Assembly (NCBI GenBank): GCA_023395735.1
Contig: JAEWYI010000026.1
Location: 1,403 to 65,402, forward strand
Source of the DNA: Cyanobacteria bacterium OH_SFB_17
Lineage (GTDB): Bacteria; Cyanobacteriota; Vampirovibrionia; Gastranaerophilales; Gastranaerophilaceae
Length of the DNA stretch: 64,000 bases
Direction of reading: 5' to 3'
The position numbers and the translations under genes were made by a program. The stretch's first letter is position 1, and each line of letters starts with the position of its first letter. This document shows, in pieces, positions 34,962 through 44,132 of this stretch. The notes beneath the pieces are model-generated. The model saw only the letters and a program-made list of their open reading frames with translations. It was not told the origin of the DNA and ran no database searches.

Positions 34962-35192
34962 ATGTATAATTTATTACATTATTCGCCAATAATTATAGCG
35001 GTGATTGTTTTTTTGATACAGCAGAGAATAGTCGTTACTCCAGAGCAGTTGGAAAGAAAGCATCGTGAGATATTAAATGATGCAGAAGAGCGCTTTGCAA
35101 CATTGAGCAGCGTGAGGGACTTGAAAGAGCAGTTTTGTGATATGAAAGAAAAAATTGATAAAATTTATGATTGCATTATCGCAGTCAAGTGA
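34962..35192 (+). CDS. small single-pass membrane protein (76 aa)
   Basis: RBS gagagg is present. The N-terminal TM is YSPIIIAVIVFLIQQ and the tail is predicted coiled coil. The stop lies 3 nt from the convergent speE stop. Confidence 0.5.
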   Translation: MYNLLHYSPIIIAVIVFLIQQRIVVTPEQLERKHREILNDAEERFATLSSVRDLKEQFCDMKEKIDKIYDCIIAVK

Positions 35193-35195
35193 TTT

Positions 35196-36032
35196 TTAGA
35201 CTAGCTCTTTCAAAAAATTAGGAAGAGCAAAACAGGCTTTATGATATTCTTTGTTATAAATCTTACAAGTTTTTGTTATGGATTCACAACGTTTTTCATC
35301 AATGTATGATAACGGCTGTACTTCAGTTGAACAAAACGCCCAAGACCAATAGCCTCCGGGATAGGTTGGAATCGGAGAGGCGTAAATTGATGTTATCGGA
35401 AAAACCTTTTTTAATAATTTATAGATTTTTTTGATTTCGTTTTGGTTTACTATCGGCGATTCTGATTGAGCGCAGACGATTCCATTTTTTTTGAGTGAGT
35501 CTTTAACGTCGTTGTAAAATTCTTTAGTGAAAAGTCCTTCGCCTGCACCTAAAGGGTCTGTGGAGTCAATCAAGATTATGTCGTATTCGTTTTTTTTGTT
35601 TTTTATAAAGCTTACGGCATCTTCGATTATTATTTTAACTTTTTTATTATCAAGTCCTTTCGAAATGGAGGGAAGATGTTTTTTGCAAGCTTTTATAACA
35701 AGTTCGTCTATTTCGCACAAAACAATATTTTCAACAGTGTTGTGTTTTAAAACTTCTTTTATCGTGCCGCCGTCGCCGCCTCCTATGACAAGTATTTTTT
35801 TAGGATTTTTATGTGAAAGCATTGGAACGTGAGTTATCATCTCGTGATAAAAATATTCATCACCTTCTGTTGTCATCATAAGGCCATCAAGGGTTAGAAC
35901 TTTTCCCAAGCTTGAATCGGTCTCGATGATTTCTACTTTTTGGTAAGGTGATTTTTGAGAGAATAAAGTTTTATTTTTTTTTATAGCTATTCCAAATCCT
36001 GCAGGTGTAATTTCTGTGTAGAAATTTTTCAT
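35196..36032 (-). CDS. speE: spermidine synthase (polyamine aminopropyltransferase)
   Basis: SPYQKVEI, YHEMITHVP, VLVIGGGDGG and DSTDP motifs are present. Confidence 0.9.
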   Translation of the reverse strand: MKNFYTEITPAGFGIAIKKNKTLFSQKSPYQKVEIIETDSSLGKVLTLDGLMMTTEGDEYFYHEMITHVPMLSHKNPKKILVIGGGDGGTIKEVLKHNTVENIVLCEIDELVIKACKKHLPSISKGLDNKKVKIIIEDAVSFIKNKKNEYDIILIDSTDPLGAGEGLFTKEFYNDVKDSLKKNGIVCAQSESPIVNQNEIKKIYKLLKKVFPITSIYASPIPTYPGGYWSWAFCSTEVQPLSYIDEKRCESITKTCKIYNKEYHKACFALPNFLKELV

Positions 36033-36064
36033 TTTTTACCTCCTGAAATTTGGTTTATATTAAT

Positions 36065-36382
36065 TTATGATAGAGTGTTGGACATTACATGAAAATGCAG
36101 GTGAAAGATTACTTGTCCTTCTTCTTTTCCTGTGTTTACGTGAAGCCTGTATGATTTTATCTTCATTATTTTTGCGACTTCTTTTACGCCTTTTAGCAAT
36201 TCTGCCATCAAGTTTGCATCTTCAAGCTCGTTTAAAGAATCTACGTGAAATTTTGGAATCACCAAAACATGTACTTTTGCTTTTGGGTGAAGGTCGTTTA
36301 TCGCAATCACGTAATCGTTTTCAAAAACTTTTGTTGAAGGTATTTCTCCATTAATGATTTTACAAAAAATGCATTCTGTCAT
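36065..36382 (-). CDS. HIT family (histidine triad) protein
   Basis: CIFCKIINGEIP and the HLHFHVM triad are present. Confidence 0.9.
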   Translation of the reverse strand: MTECIFCKIINGEIPSTKVFENDYVIAINDLHPKAKVHVLVIPKFHVDSLNELEDANLMAELLKGVKEVAKIMKIKSYRLHVNTGKEEGQVIFHLHFHVMSNTLS

Positions 36383-36483
36383 TATTTAATCTCCCTAAAT
36401 ATGTTGTCTATAATTTATTTTCCATAGGGATTATAGCACAAATCATGTATTTGGTGAAAATAATTAATAGTCAAAATTTGCAT

Positions 36484-36508
36484 AAAAAAAAGGGGATTTT
36501 CATCCCCT
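36484..36508 (-). terminator. minus-strand rho-independent terminator in a non-coding gap
   Basis: The reverse strand reads AGGGGAT-GAAA-ATCCCCT followed by TTTTTTTT. Confidence 0.6.
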
Positions 36509-36696
36509 CCCCTAGTTTTAAAAGTTTTAGTCTGCAGTCTGTTGAATGACTTATGCAGCTTCAAACTCATCCCTCCCCAGGGCCTAGAGCGTATAGTCGG
36601 AATATGTTAGTGGAGTCGGCACTGTTTTTTACAGCGCTTTTTATATGGAAAATTTTATTTGATTCCAAAAATTTATTTATATATACGGCAAACATC

Positions 36697-36717
36697 GCAA
36701 AAAACGGCATCGCCGTT
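36697..36717 (-). terminator. minus-strand terminator downstream of the 70-aa membrane protein gene
   Basis: The reverse strand reads AACGGC-GAT-GCCGTT followed by TTTTTGC. Confidence 0.5.
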
Positions 36718-36812
36718 GAATCTTTTTTGGTTAGCATTTTAATAGCCTCCAATACCCAACACATGCATGATATGCCTTTTTTAGCTTAAATTAATCCTAT
36801 AAAAAGATGAAA

Positions 36813-37025
36813 TTATTGGTCATTGATTGAAGATTGTTCATTTTGTTGCATTTGTCTTGCATAATTTACTTGTTGAATCGCTTCTGTTTGAGCTTGGTTA
36901 ACTTCATCCCTTGTTTTTTTGTCAACATTTCCAATAGGAGTCTTGGGGTCAAATTTAATCAGCGGATTGAATGCAAGTATTACAATTGCAATTATCAATG
37001 TAATCAAAAGTGTCCAAATATTCAT
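36813..37025 (-). CDS. small single-pass membrane protein (70 aa)
   Basis: RBS aaaggaga is present. The N-terminal TM is IWTLLITLIIAIVILAF and the tail is Gln-rich. It sits directly downstream of proS. Confidence 0.55.
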   Translation of the reverse strand: MNIWTLLITLIIAIVILAFNPLIKFDPKTPIGNVDKKTRDEVNQAQTEAIQQVNYARQMQQNEQSSINDQ

Positions 37026-37066
37026 TTTTATCTCCTTTGGATTTGGTTGAATTATTTTTATTTTAA

Positions 37067-38791
37067 TTAGCCTAAAATTTCTTTAATCAATTTTTCGACA
37101 GCATCTTCAGGTTTAAGTTGTTCTAATTCGCCTGTTTTTCTTGTTTTGAATTCAACGTTGCCTTCTTGAATCGTTCTTCCGACTGTAACCCTATAAGGAA
37201 ATCCGATTAAATCTGCATCTTTAAATTTCACGCCAGGTCTTTCATCTCTGTCGTCTAAAACAGCTTCAACACCAACTGAAAGTAATTTTTCATACATTTC
37301 TGTTGCGGTTTTCATCTGTAATTCGTCTTTTGTGCTAACAGGAACAATCACAACGTGATAAGGTGCAATTGCTGTCGGCCAAATTATTCCGTTGTCGTCG
37401 TGATATCTTTCAACCGCCGCTGCTGCTGTTCTTGAAATTCCAATGCCGTAACAGCCCATGATATATGGTTTTTCTTTGCCGTTTTCATCAAGATATACAG
37501 CATGCATAGGTTCTGAATATTTTGTCCCCAACTTGAATATGTTTCCGACCTCTATTCCTCTTGTAACTTTAAGCTCAGCGCCGCATTGAGGACAAAAATC
37601 GCCTGCTTTAACAAGACATAAATCTAAAAATTCTTCGTGAGCTTCAATATCTACGCCAAAGTTTGCACCAACCAAGTGTTTGTCTTGTTGGTTAATTCCA
37701 ACTACAAAGTTTTTCATTCCTATAACAGATTTGTCAGCAATAACTTTTACGCCTGTCATACCCGATGCTCCGATAAATCCTTTTGCCGCTGAAAATCCGT
37801 TTTGGACCATAAGATCTTCGATCTCTGCAGCTGATGCAATTCTTACTTCGTCTGCGTTAAGCGCATTTTTGAGTTTTGTTTCTTCAAGCGCTCTATCAGC
37901 TCTTATGTGAACCAAAACATATTCTTTATCTGCAACATAGACAAGTGTTTTCAAGATTACTGAGTCAGGCACGTTTAAAAATTTGCTTAATTCTTCAATA
38001 GTTGTTGTATTTGGTGTGTCAATGATTTCAGGTTTTGAAAATCCTCCGTCAAGCTGCACTTCAGGAAGTTTTGAGGTTGCATGATCTGAGTTTGCCGCAT
38101 AATCGCAACAATCGCAATAAAATACGTCATTTTCGCCCGCATCGGTTGTTGTTATAACCATGAATTCGTGGCTTACGCTTCCGCCTATCGCACCTGTGTC
38201 AGATTGAACCATTTTAGTTTCCAGTCCGCATCTTTTAAAAATTTTAGTATAAGCTTTTGCCATGTTTTGATACTCTTTGTCAAGTGCTTCTTCGCTTACA
38301 TCAAAGCTGTAGGCATCTTTCATTATAAATTCTCTGCCTCTTAATAAGCCAAATCTAGGCCTGATTTCATCCCTGAATTTTGATTGAATTTGGTATAAAT
38401 TTATAGGCATTTGCTTGTATGATTTTATTCCATCTCTTGCAATTGCCGTTATAATTTCTTCGTGTGTTGGTCCAAGGCACATATCTCTGTCGTGTCTGTC
38501 TTTTAGGCGCATAAGCTCACGTCCGTAGTGTTCCCATCTGCCTGATTCTTCCCAAAGTTCTTTTGGTTGAACAAACGGCATCAAAAGCTCTTGTGCTCCT
38601 GCATTATCCATTTCTTCTCTTACAATGTTTTCAACTTTTCTTAAAACTCTCCACATAAGCGGCAAGTAGTTGTATATTCCACTTGACAATTTTCTTATAT
38701 AGCCTGCTCTTGCAAGCATTTTATGAGAAACAACTTCCGCATCTGATGGAAATTCTCTAAGGGTTTGTACAAAAAGTTTTGACATTTTCAT
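37067..38791 (-). CDS. proS: proline--tRNA ligase (bacterial type with editing insertion)
   Basis: The protein is 574 aa. FVQTLREFPSDAEVVSHKMLARAGYIRKL, RPRFGLLRGREFIMKDAYSF and GCYGIGISR are present. Confidence 0.95.
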   Translation of the reverse strand: MKMSKLFVQTLREFPSDAEVVSHKMLARAGYIRKLSSGIYNYLPLMWRVLRKVENIVREEMDNAGAQELLMPFVQPKELWEESGRWEHYGRELMRLKDRHDRDMCLGPTHEEIITAIARDGIKSYKQMPINLYQIQSKFRDEIRPRFGLLRGREFIMKDAYSFDVSEEALDKEYQNMAKAYTKIFKRCGLETKMVQSDTGAIGGSVSHEFMVITTTDAGENDVFYCDCCDYAANSDHATSKLPEVQLDGGFSKPEIIDTPNTTTIEELSKFLNVPDSVILKTLVYVADKEYVLVHIRADRALEETKLKNALNADEVRIASAAEIEDLMVQNGFSAAKGFIGASGMTGVKVIADKSVIGMKNFVVGINQQDKHLVGANFGVDIEAHEEFLDLCLVKAGDFCPQCGAELKVTRGIEVGNIFKLGTKYSEPMHAVYLDENGKEKPYIMGCYGIGISRTAAAAVERYHDDNGIIWPTAIAPYHVVIVPVSTKDELQMKTATEMYEKLLSVGVEAVLDDRDERPGVKFKDADLIGFPYRVTVGRTIQEGNVEFKTRKTGELEQLKPEDAVEKLIKEILG

Positions 38792-38897
38792 AATTGATTT
38801 TTCCTCTCTAATCCTGATTTATCTATATTTTATCATAAAAGTATAAAACCGATAAGCCTATAGTGTAAAAAATAAATTAAGTAGTTCAAAAAAAGTA

Positions 38898-38926
38898 TTG
38901 ATTATTTAAATATCATATTGTAAAAT
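38898..38926 (+). promoter_or_regulatory. putative promoter TTGATT-17-TAAAAT upstream of cheW
   Basis: Hexamers read directly from the sequence, about 100 nt upstream of the cheW ATG. Confidence 0.4.
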
Positions 38927-39026
38927 GCAATTGTAATGGTCATGGTGTTAAGTATTATTTTAGAGTAAGAAAAGAACGGTTAAATACTAGTTGAATGCGC
39001 TGCATTAGAAAGGAGCAAGTACTCCC

Positions 39027-39497
39027 ATGGATGGTCAGGAAGAAAAATATTTAATGTTCATATTGAACGAAGAGCATTATGGAATTCCTATCTTGAAAGT
39101 AAACGAAATTATTGGATTAATGGATATTACTCCTATTCCTAAAACGCCAATGTTCATGAAAGGTATCATTAACCTGCGTGGAAAAATAATTCCGATAATG
39201 GATTTAAGATTGAAATTTTCAATGCAAGAACGAGCTTATGACGAGCAAACTTGTATTATTATTGTGGAAATTCCTATAGCCGGAAGAACAGCTTTTATTG
39301 GAGTCGTGGTTGACAAGGTCGCTGAAGTTGTCAATGTACTTGATTCTGATATAGAATTACCTCCTCAATATGGTCAAGAGGTTGAATCAGGCTTTTTAAC
39401 AGGTATTGGAAAAGTAAAAGAAAATGTGGTAATGTTGTTAGATATCGAAAGAATTGTCAATTGTTCTGAAGTTACCGATATGGTTCAACATATTTAA
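39027..39497 (+). CDS. cheW: chemotaxis coupling protein CheW
   Basis: YLMFILNEEHYGIPILKVNEII and GIINLRGKIIPIMDLR are present. Length is 156 aa. Confidence 0.9.
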   Translation: MDGQEEKYLMFILNEEHYGIPILKVNEIIGLMDITPIPKTPMFMKGIINLRGKIIPIMDLRLKFSMQERAYDEQTCIIIVEIPIAGRTAFIGVVVDKVAEVVNVLDSDIELPPQYGQEVESGFLTGIGKVKENVVMLLDIERIVNCSEVTDMVQHI

Positions 39498-39550
39498 CAG
39501 AAAAGAAAATAAGTAAAGACGGTATGTAGTTTTAATGGAGAATTAAAAAA

Positions 39551-41014
39551 GTGGATTGGATTAAAAATTTAAAAATTGCGCACAAATTAGCTGTAATGAT
39601 TGTTTTTTCATTGGTTTTTGTGTTGTTTATCGGTATAACGGGTTTTTTCTTTAATAGCAGATCATCAGATGGTATAAGCAAGCTTTATAATGAAAATTTG
39701 CTTTCAGTATCCAGATTGGGTGTTATTAGAGGAAACTATGAGCAAGGTATAGCTGATGTTTTATATTTGTTTGATGACATCAGTGCTGCTCAAAAAAAGC
39801 ATTGGAAAGAAGATTTGAATGCTTTGAGAGCCGAAAACAAAGAGTTGCTTACTGAATATAAAAACAGCAAAATCAGCGATTATGAAAAAGAAAGATTGAC
39901 TGGGGTATTGGACAGAGCTGCTGTGTTCTGGCCTAATATGTATACTGCAATCAGCTACGCTGAATCAGGAAACCTTGCAATGGCAAGTAAAACTTTCAAC
40001 GAAAACTTGCATTATATTATAGAAGAAAGACAGCTCTTGGATGAGCTTATCAAATATAACCAAGATATTGCTGATAAAATTAACACGCAAAACGAAAATG
40101 ATGCAAAGGCATCAAGCACTATCTTGATTGTTTCTCTACTTCTTGCTTTCATCTTGCAAATGGGATTGGGATATATGATTTCCAAGATGATTACAGATCC
40201 TATTTCTCAAGCGGTAGGTGAGTTGGAAGAAGGCGCTAACCAAGTTGCTGCCGCTTCTCAACAGCTTTCAGCAGCAAGCGAGCAACTTGCAGAAGGAACA
40301 TCTGAGCAAGCAGCCGCTATTCAAGAAACATCAGCTTCTATAGAAGAGTCTGATTCAATGGTTAAGCAAAATACAGATAATACTCAAGAAGCAGCTGTTT
40401 TAGCAAGAAAAGCTAAAGAATATGCTGAAAAAAGTAATGTTGCGATGGACAATATGGTTGTATCAATGGATGAGCTTAAAAAATCAAGCGACGAAATTGC
40501 AAAAATCATAAAAGTAATTGATGAAATTGCTTTCCAAACAAATATTCTAGCTTTAAATGCTGCGGTAGAAGCTGCAAGAGCAGGTGATGCCGGTAAAGGT
40601 TTTGCGGTAGTAGCTGAAGAAGTTAGAAACTTGGCTCAAAAATCAGCCCAAGCAACTAAAGATACTGCAAAAATTATTGAAAGAAATATTCACCTTTCAT
40701 CTCAAAGCTCAGAAGCTACACTTCAAGTGAATGAAGATATTAAAGAAATTAATACTCAAGCTCAAAAAGTAAGCGAACTTCTTAGCGAAATCGCTGTAGC
40801 TAGCAAAGAGCAAGCTCAAGGAATCGAGCAAATAGACAAAGCTATAAGACAAATGGAACAAGTTCTTCAAGCAAATGCTACAACAGCAGAAGAAAGTGCT
40901 TCAGCATCTCGTGAATTGTCAAGTCAAGCAGTAAGCGTTAAAGATATCGTTGGAACACTATATGCAATGGTAGAAGGCGCAGAAGCTTTGAATCGTAAAT
41001 TGATGAAATATTAA
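39551..41014 (+). CDS. methyl-accepting chemotaxis protein
   Basis: It has an N-terminal TM, a sensor region, a second TM and a HAMP region. The highly conserved signalling hairpin [40 protein letters not shown] is present. The start is GTG. Confidence 0.9.
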   Translation: MDWIKNLKIAHKLAVMIVFSLVFVLFIGITGFFFNSRSSDGISKLYNENLLSVSRLGVIRGNYEQGIADVLYLFDDISAAQKKHWKEDLNALRAENKELLTEYKNSKISDYEKERLTGVLDRAAVFWPNMYTAISYAESGNLAMASKTFNENLHYIIEERQLLDELIKYNQDIADKINTQNENDAKASSTILIVSLLLAFILQMGLGYMISKMITDPISQAVGELEEGANQVAAASQQLSAASEQLAEGTSEQAAAIQETSASIEESDSMVKQNTDNTQEAAVLARKAKEYAEKSNVAMDNMVVSMDELKKSSDEIAKIIKVIDEIAFQTNILALNAAVEAARAGDAGKGFAVVAEEVRNLAQKSAQATKDTAKIIERNIHLSSQSSEATLQVNEDIKEINTQAQKVSELLSEIAVASKEQAQGIEQIDKAIRQMEQVLQANATTAEESASASRELSSQAVSVKDIVGTLYAMVEGAEALNRKLMKY

Positions 41015-41031
41015 TCGATTAAAATAAATAT

Positions 41032-41080
41032 CAAGTGCTCATTTTGGCTTTTTTAAACCAAGTTGAGCACTTTTTATTTT
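41032..41080 (+). terminator. terminator after the MCP gene
   Basis: AAGTGCTCA ... TGAGCACTT stem with an internal TTGG/CCAA extension, followed by TTTTTATTTT. Confidence 0.6.
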
Positions 41081-41143
41081 TTACATATTGTAAGTAGATT
41101 GAAAATTGTGTTATAATTTAAAAAGAATGAGTTTGAGGCAATA

Positions 41144-42139
41144 ATGGTCAGAATAAGAAAAGCTAGGTTTTTAGACAAATTTAAATTGAAGAAAATGATT
41201 TCATTTTTAAGTACTGATGCTATTAATCAGTATACAAAAGTGTTGTTGGATTTTCCTTTCAAAAATCTTCATTCTCTTCTTCCTCTTCGTTGGAAATTTT
41301 TACCAGAGTCTTATGTAATAGAAGATGCCGGTGAAATTATCGGTATGATTACTCTTGCTCCAGCGTCAGGCAATCCTTATAAATTGACAATTACTCGTTT
41401 GTTTTTAGATCATGATTATTTTAATGCGGGTAAGCAGCTCGTTGATTTTGTAATCTCAAAATATGGAGCAAGCGGTGCTAGTGCATTTCTTGCATTAATT
41501 GACGATTCTCACGACGAGTTGATTCATTTGTTTGTCGATGGCTGTGGTTTTAGGCAGTGTTCTTGCGAGCAATTGTGGAAAATGGAAAATTTCCATGTGA
41601 AAAAACAATCTACGACTTTTTTTAGACCGTTTAAAAATTCTGATGCGCAGGCAGTTGCAATGTTATTCAACGACTCTGTTATCCAACATTTTAAGCATTC
41701 TATATCCCGAACAAAAAGCGAATACCATGAGCCCTTATTTTATGGCTTAAAAAATTCAGTAAAATTTAAATATGTTGTCGAAGATGATAATTTAAAAACA
41801 ATAAAAGCCTATTTTTCAATTACGACAGAAGATGATTCAAATTATATTCTGGATGTTACTTCTTCGCCTTGGTATGACTGTTCTTGGGAAGATATTATGA
41901 ATTTTGCAATCAAACAAATATCCAGAAGAAAAAAAGAATTTTATTTGTTTGTTAAGCTGAAAAAATTCACTACAACATCAGAAAATTTCGAGAAGTTTTT
42001 AGTTGATAATAATTTTAAATGCATTCAAAACCAGCTTATCTTGGTAAAAGATTTTTATAAAGTTATAAAAGAAACTGAGCCGAGCAAGTCTGTATTGTTA
42101 TTCAGCGACGTTTTGGAAAAACCGGTATTTAAAATATAA
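41144..42139 (+). CDS. probable tandem GNAT-fold acetyltransferase-like protein
   Basis: VIEDAGEIIGMITLA ... LFLDHDYFNAGKQLVDFVISKYGASGASAFLALI fits a GNAT core. A second FRPFKNSDAQAVAMLFNDSV start suggests a duplicated domain. This assignment is weak. Confidence 0.45.
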   Translation: MVRIRKARFLDKFKLKKMISFLSTDAINQYTKVLLDFPFKNLHSLLPLRWKFLPESYVIEDAGEIIGMITLAPASGNPYKLTITRLFLDHDYFNAGKQLVDFVISKYGASGASAFLALIDDSHDELIHLFVDGCGFRQCSCEQLWKMENFHVKKQSTTFFRPFKNSDAQAVAMLFNDSVIQHFKHSISRTKSEYHEPLFYGLKNSVKFKYVVEDDNLKTIKAYFSITTEDDSNYILDVTSSPWYDCSWEDIMNFAIKQISRRKKEFYLFVKLKKFTTTSENFEKFLVDNNFKCIQNQLILVKDFYKVIKETEPSKSVLLFSDVLEKPVFKI

Positions 42140-42142
42140 GGT

Positions 42143-42943
42143 TCATTGTGAGACAAAATCTTTTTTTATATTTATTGCCATTTTTGTTTTGTTATAAAAA
42201 AATTGTTTAACTTCGACAAAATTTGCTCTGCCTTCAGAATTATTTTTTATAGCACTTAATTTCCCCCCATATCCGACGACTTCCGGTTCAAATGAATTTA
42301 AGTGATAAAATTCTTTTTTCGCTTTTGAATTAACGCTGTCAAGTGCATCTACAATCTTTTTAACGGTTTCAATTGTTCCTTTATTATCGCCAGACAATAT
42401 GTTTACTGAATTATAGTTTTTGAATTTTGTGTTTATAAAATATCTTATGTCGCTTTTTTGTGACCTTGGATGGACGTGAAAAAGAATTTGTCGATTAGTT
42501 TTTGTGTTTATTAAGTTTAAAATAGCACAATCGTGTGGGGAATTTGTTCCAAGAGGGACGTCTAAACTGCCTTCCAGCCAACCTCCACCAAGGTCCGTAT
42601 TTGTTATTAATGTCGAAAATCCATCAGATTTTTGACTTGGACCTTTGTATTCACTTAGTGGGATAGATTTTTTACTTACAGCATATCCATAAAACTTTCT
42701 ATATAATCTTTCAATTGTTGTTTTGGGCTCAATTTGTGAGTAGGCTCTGTAATAAATTGCATCTGGGAAACTTATAGGAGTTCTTTTTGCTGATACTTTG
42801 GTTTGATTTACTAAAATAATGTTTTCAATAGCAGCCTTGCTTTCAGGCATAGATGCCCGAGGAGCTTTTGAGCTAATAGGATTTTTGGTATTCGATCTAA
42901 CAAAAACACCTACTTTATTCAATAAAGAAGAAACACTTACCAT
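42143..42943 (-). CDS. hypothetical protein (266 aa)
   Basis: A long ORF with no recognisable family and no clear RBS. Confidence 0.5.
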   Translation of the reverse strand: MVSVSSLLNKVGVFVRSNTKNPISSKAPRASMPESKAAIENIILVNQTKVSAKRTPISFPDAIYYRAYSQIEPKTTIERLYRKFYGYAVSKKSIPLSEYKGPSQKSDGFSTLITNTDLGGGWLEGSLDVPLGTNSPHDCAILNLINTKTNRQILFHVHPRSQKSDIRYFINTKFKNYNSVNILSGDNKGTIETVKKIVDALDSVNSKAKKEFYHLNSFEPEVVGYGGKLSAIKNNSEGRANFVEVKQFFYNKTKMAINIKKDFVSQ

Positions 42944-43031
42944 ATTTAAATTAAAGCTTATAATTGAAAAAATGTGTCAATTTGTATATGAAATTTTACA
43001 TAGATTAATACTTTTGAAGTAAAATGTTTTT

Positions 43032-44132
43032 ATGAATAGTAAAAAATATGAAAAATATATGAAAAAGTGTTTTCGCTTAGCACTAAAAGCCGAAGGGAAA
43101 ACATCTCCAAATCCTATGGTAGGTTGTGTTGTTATTGACGATAGCGGAAAGATTTTGTCGACAGGTTATCACAAGCGCTGTGGACTAAGTCACGCCGAGC
43201 CTGACGCACTTTCAAAGCTTGCCCAAGAAGAATCTAAGGGCGCAACTCTAATTGTCAACTTAGAACCGTGTTCTCATTATGGCAAAACACCACCTTGTGC
43301 TGATTTAATTGTAAAAAGAGGGATTAAAAGGATTGTTATAGCTATGCGAGATCCAAATCCTCTTGTGTCTGGCAAAGGCCTTCAAATCTGCAAAAAGGCA
43401 GGAATTGAGGTTATAGAGGGTGTTTTAGAAAAAGAAGCCCAAGAATTGAATGAAGTTTTTATTAAAAATATGACTCAGAATAAAATTTTTGTTGCACTAA
43501 AAACGGCATCCACTCTAGATGGCAAAATTGCTACATCCACAGGGGACTCAAAGTGGATTACCTCTGATAAGGCAAGAGAAGAAGTGCAAAAAGTAAGAAA
43601 TCGCTATGATGCAATATTAACAACAAGTTCAACTGTTCTCGCTGATAATCCATCTCTTACCTGCAGAATGAAAAACGGTAAAAATCCTGTTAGAATCATC
43701 CTCGATAGAGAATTTAAAGTTGATTTGTCTTCGAAAGTTTATAATGAAGACGGAGTAAAAATTTATCTTGTAGTAGATAAAAATATAAATAATTCAAAAA
43801 TTAATGACGTTCCAGCCCATATAGAGGTGATTAAGTGTACTACTAACAATTGTAGGTTGGAATTAGATGAGTTGATGAATGAGCTATATAACAGAGGTGT
43901 AAAAAGCCTTCTTGTTGAAGCCGGTGGAAGTATTGGCGGAGCCTTCATTTCTCAAGGTTTAGTTGATAAAATTTATCATTTTATTGCTCCAAAAGTTTTG
44001 TGTGATAATTCAGGTAAAAGCGTATACGACGGCTTGAACATAAAAGAAATCAGCAATACTCAAAACTTTAAGTTTGTGAATATTGCTGATTTTGGACCTG
44101 ATTTAATGTTCGTTTATCGCCCTTTCGGTTAG
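43032..44132 (+). CDS. ribD: bifunctional riboflavin biosynthesis deaminase/reductase RibD
   Basis: The deaminase motifs HAEPDAL and PCSHYGKTPPC are present, plus a C-terminal reductase domain (KTASTLDGKIA). Confidence 0.9.
   Translation: MNSKKYEKYMKKCFRLALKAEGKTSPNPMVGCVVIDDSGKILSTGYHKRCGLSHAEPDALSKLAQEESKGATLIVNLEPCSHYGKTPPCADLIVKRGIKRIVIAMRDPNPLVSGKGLQICKKAGIEVIEGVLEKEAQELNEVFIKNMTQNKIFVALKTASTLDGKIATSTGDSKWITSDKAREEVQKVRNRYDAILTTSSTVLADNPSLTCRMKNGKNPVRIILDREFKVDLSSKVYNEDGVKIYLVVDKNINNSKINDVPAHIEVIKCTTNNCRLELDELMNELYNRGVKSLLVEAGGSIGGAFISQGLVDKIYHFIAPKVLCDNSGKSVYDGLNIKEISNTQNFKFVNIADFGPDLMFVYRPFG

Larger units (their letters stand above)
22678..35192 (+). mobile_element. phage-derived (podovirus/T7-like) structural-packaging-lysis gene block; defective prophage or domesticated GTA-like element
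   Basis: A contiguous run of phage-type genes (see the individual CDS entries), bounded by the SLH gene and speE. I recognise no integrase, repressor or replication genes. Confidence 0.7.

Noticed and set aside
22364-35195. I searched by eye for an integrase, att direct repeats, a tRNA integration target, CRISPR repeats and IS elements around the phage-like block.
   Set aside because: None was found. Manual repeat detection is weak, however, so short att repeats (10-20 nt) cannot be excluded without a computational self-comparison of 22.3-23.3 kb against 34.9-35.3 kb.
36553-36789. A 78-aa plus-strand ORF, and the full 65-aa minus-strand ORF at 36567-36764.
   Set aside because: The plus-strand ORF has no RBS and crosses terminator hairpins. 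Only a shortened minus-strand version has an SD, and even that conflicts with a hairpin, so I reported it as an uncertain finding and not as a feature.
38792-39026. I looked for a T-box leader upstream of proS (minus strand).
   Set aside because: The leader is short and AT-rich, with no specifier or T-box sequence or terminator/antiterminator pair that I can see. The region is better explained by divergent promoters.
42944-43031. I looked for an FMN riboswitch upstream of ribD.
   Set aside because: Only about 88 nt of AT-rich spacer is available, with no recognisable conserved FMN-element helices. The spacer is too short for the aptamer.
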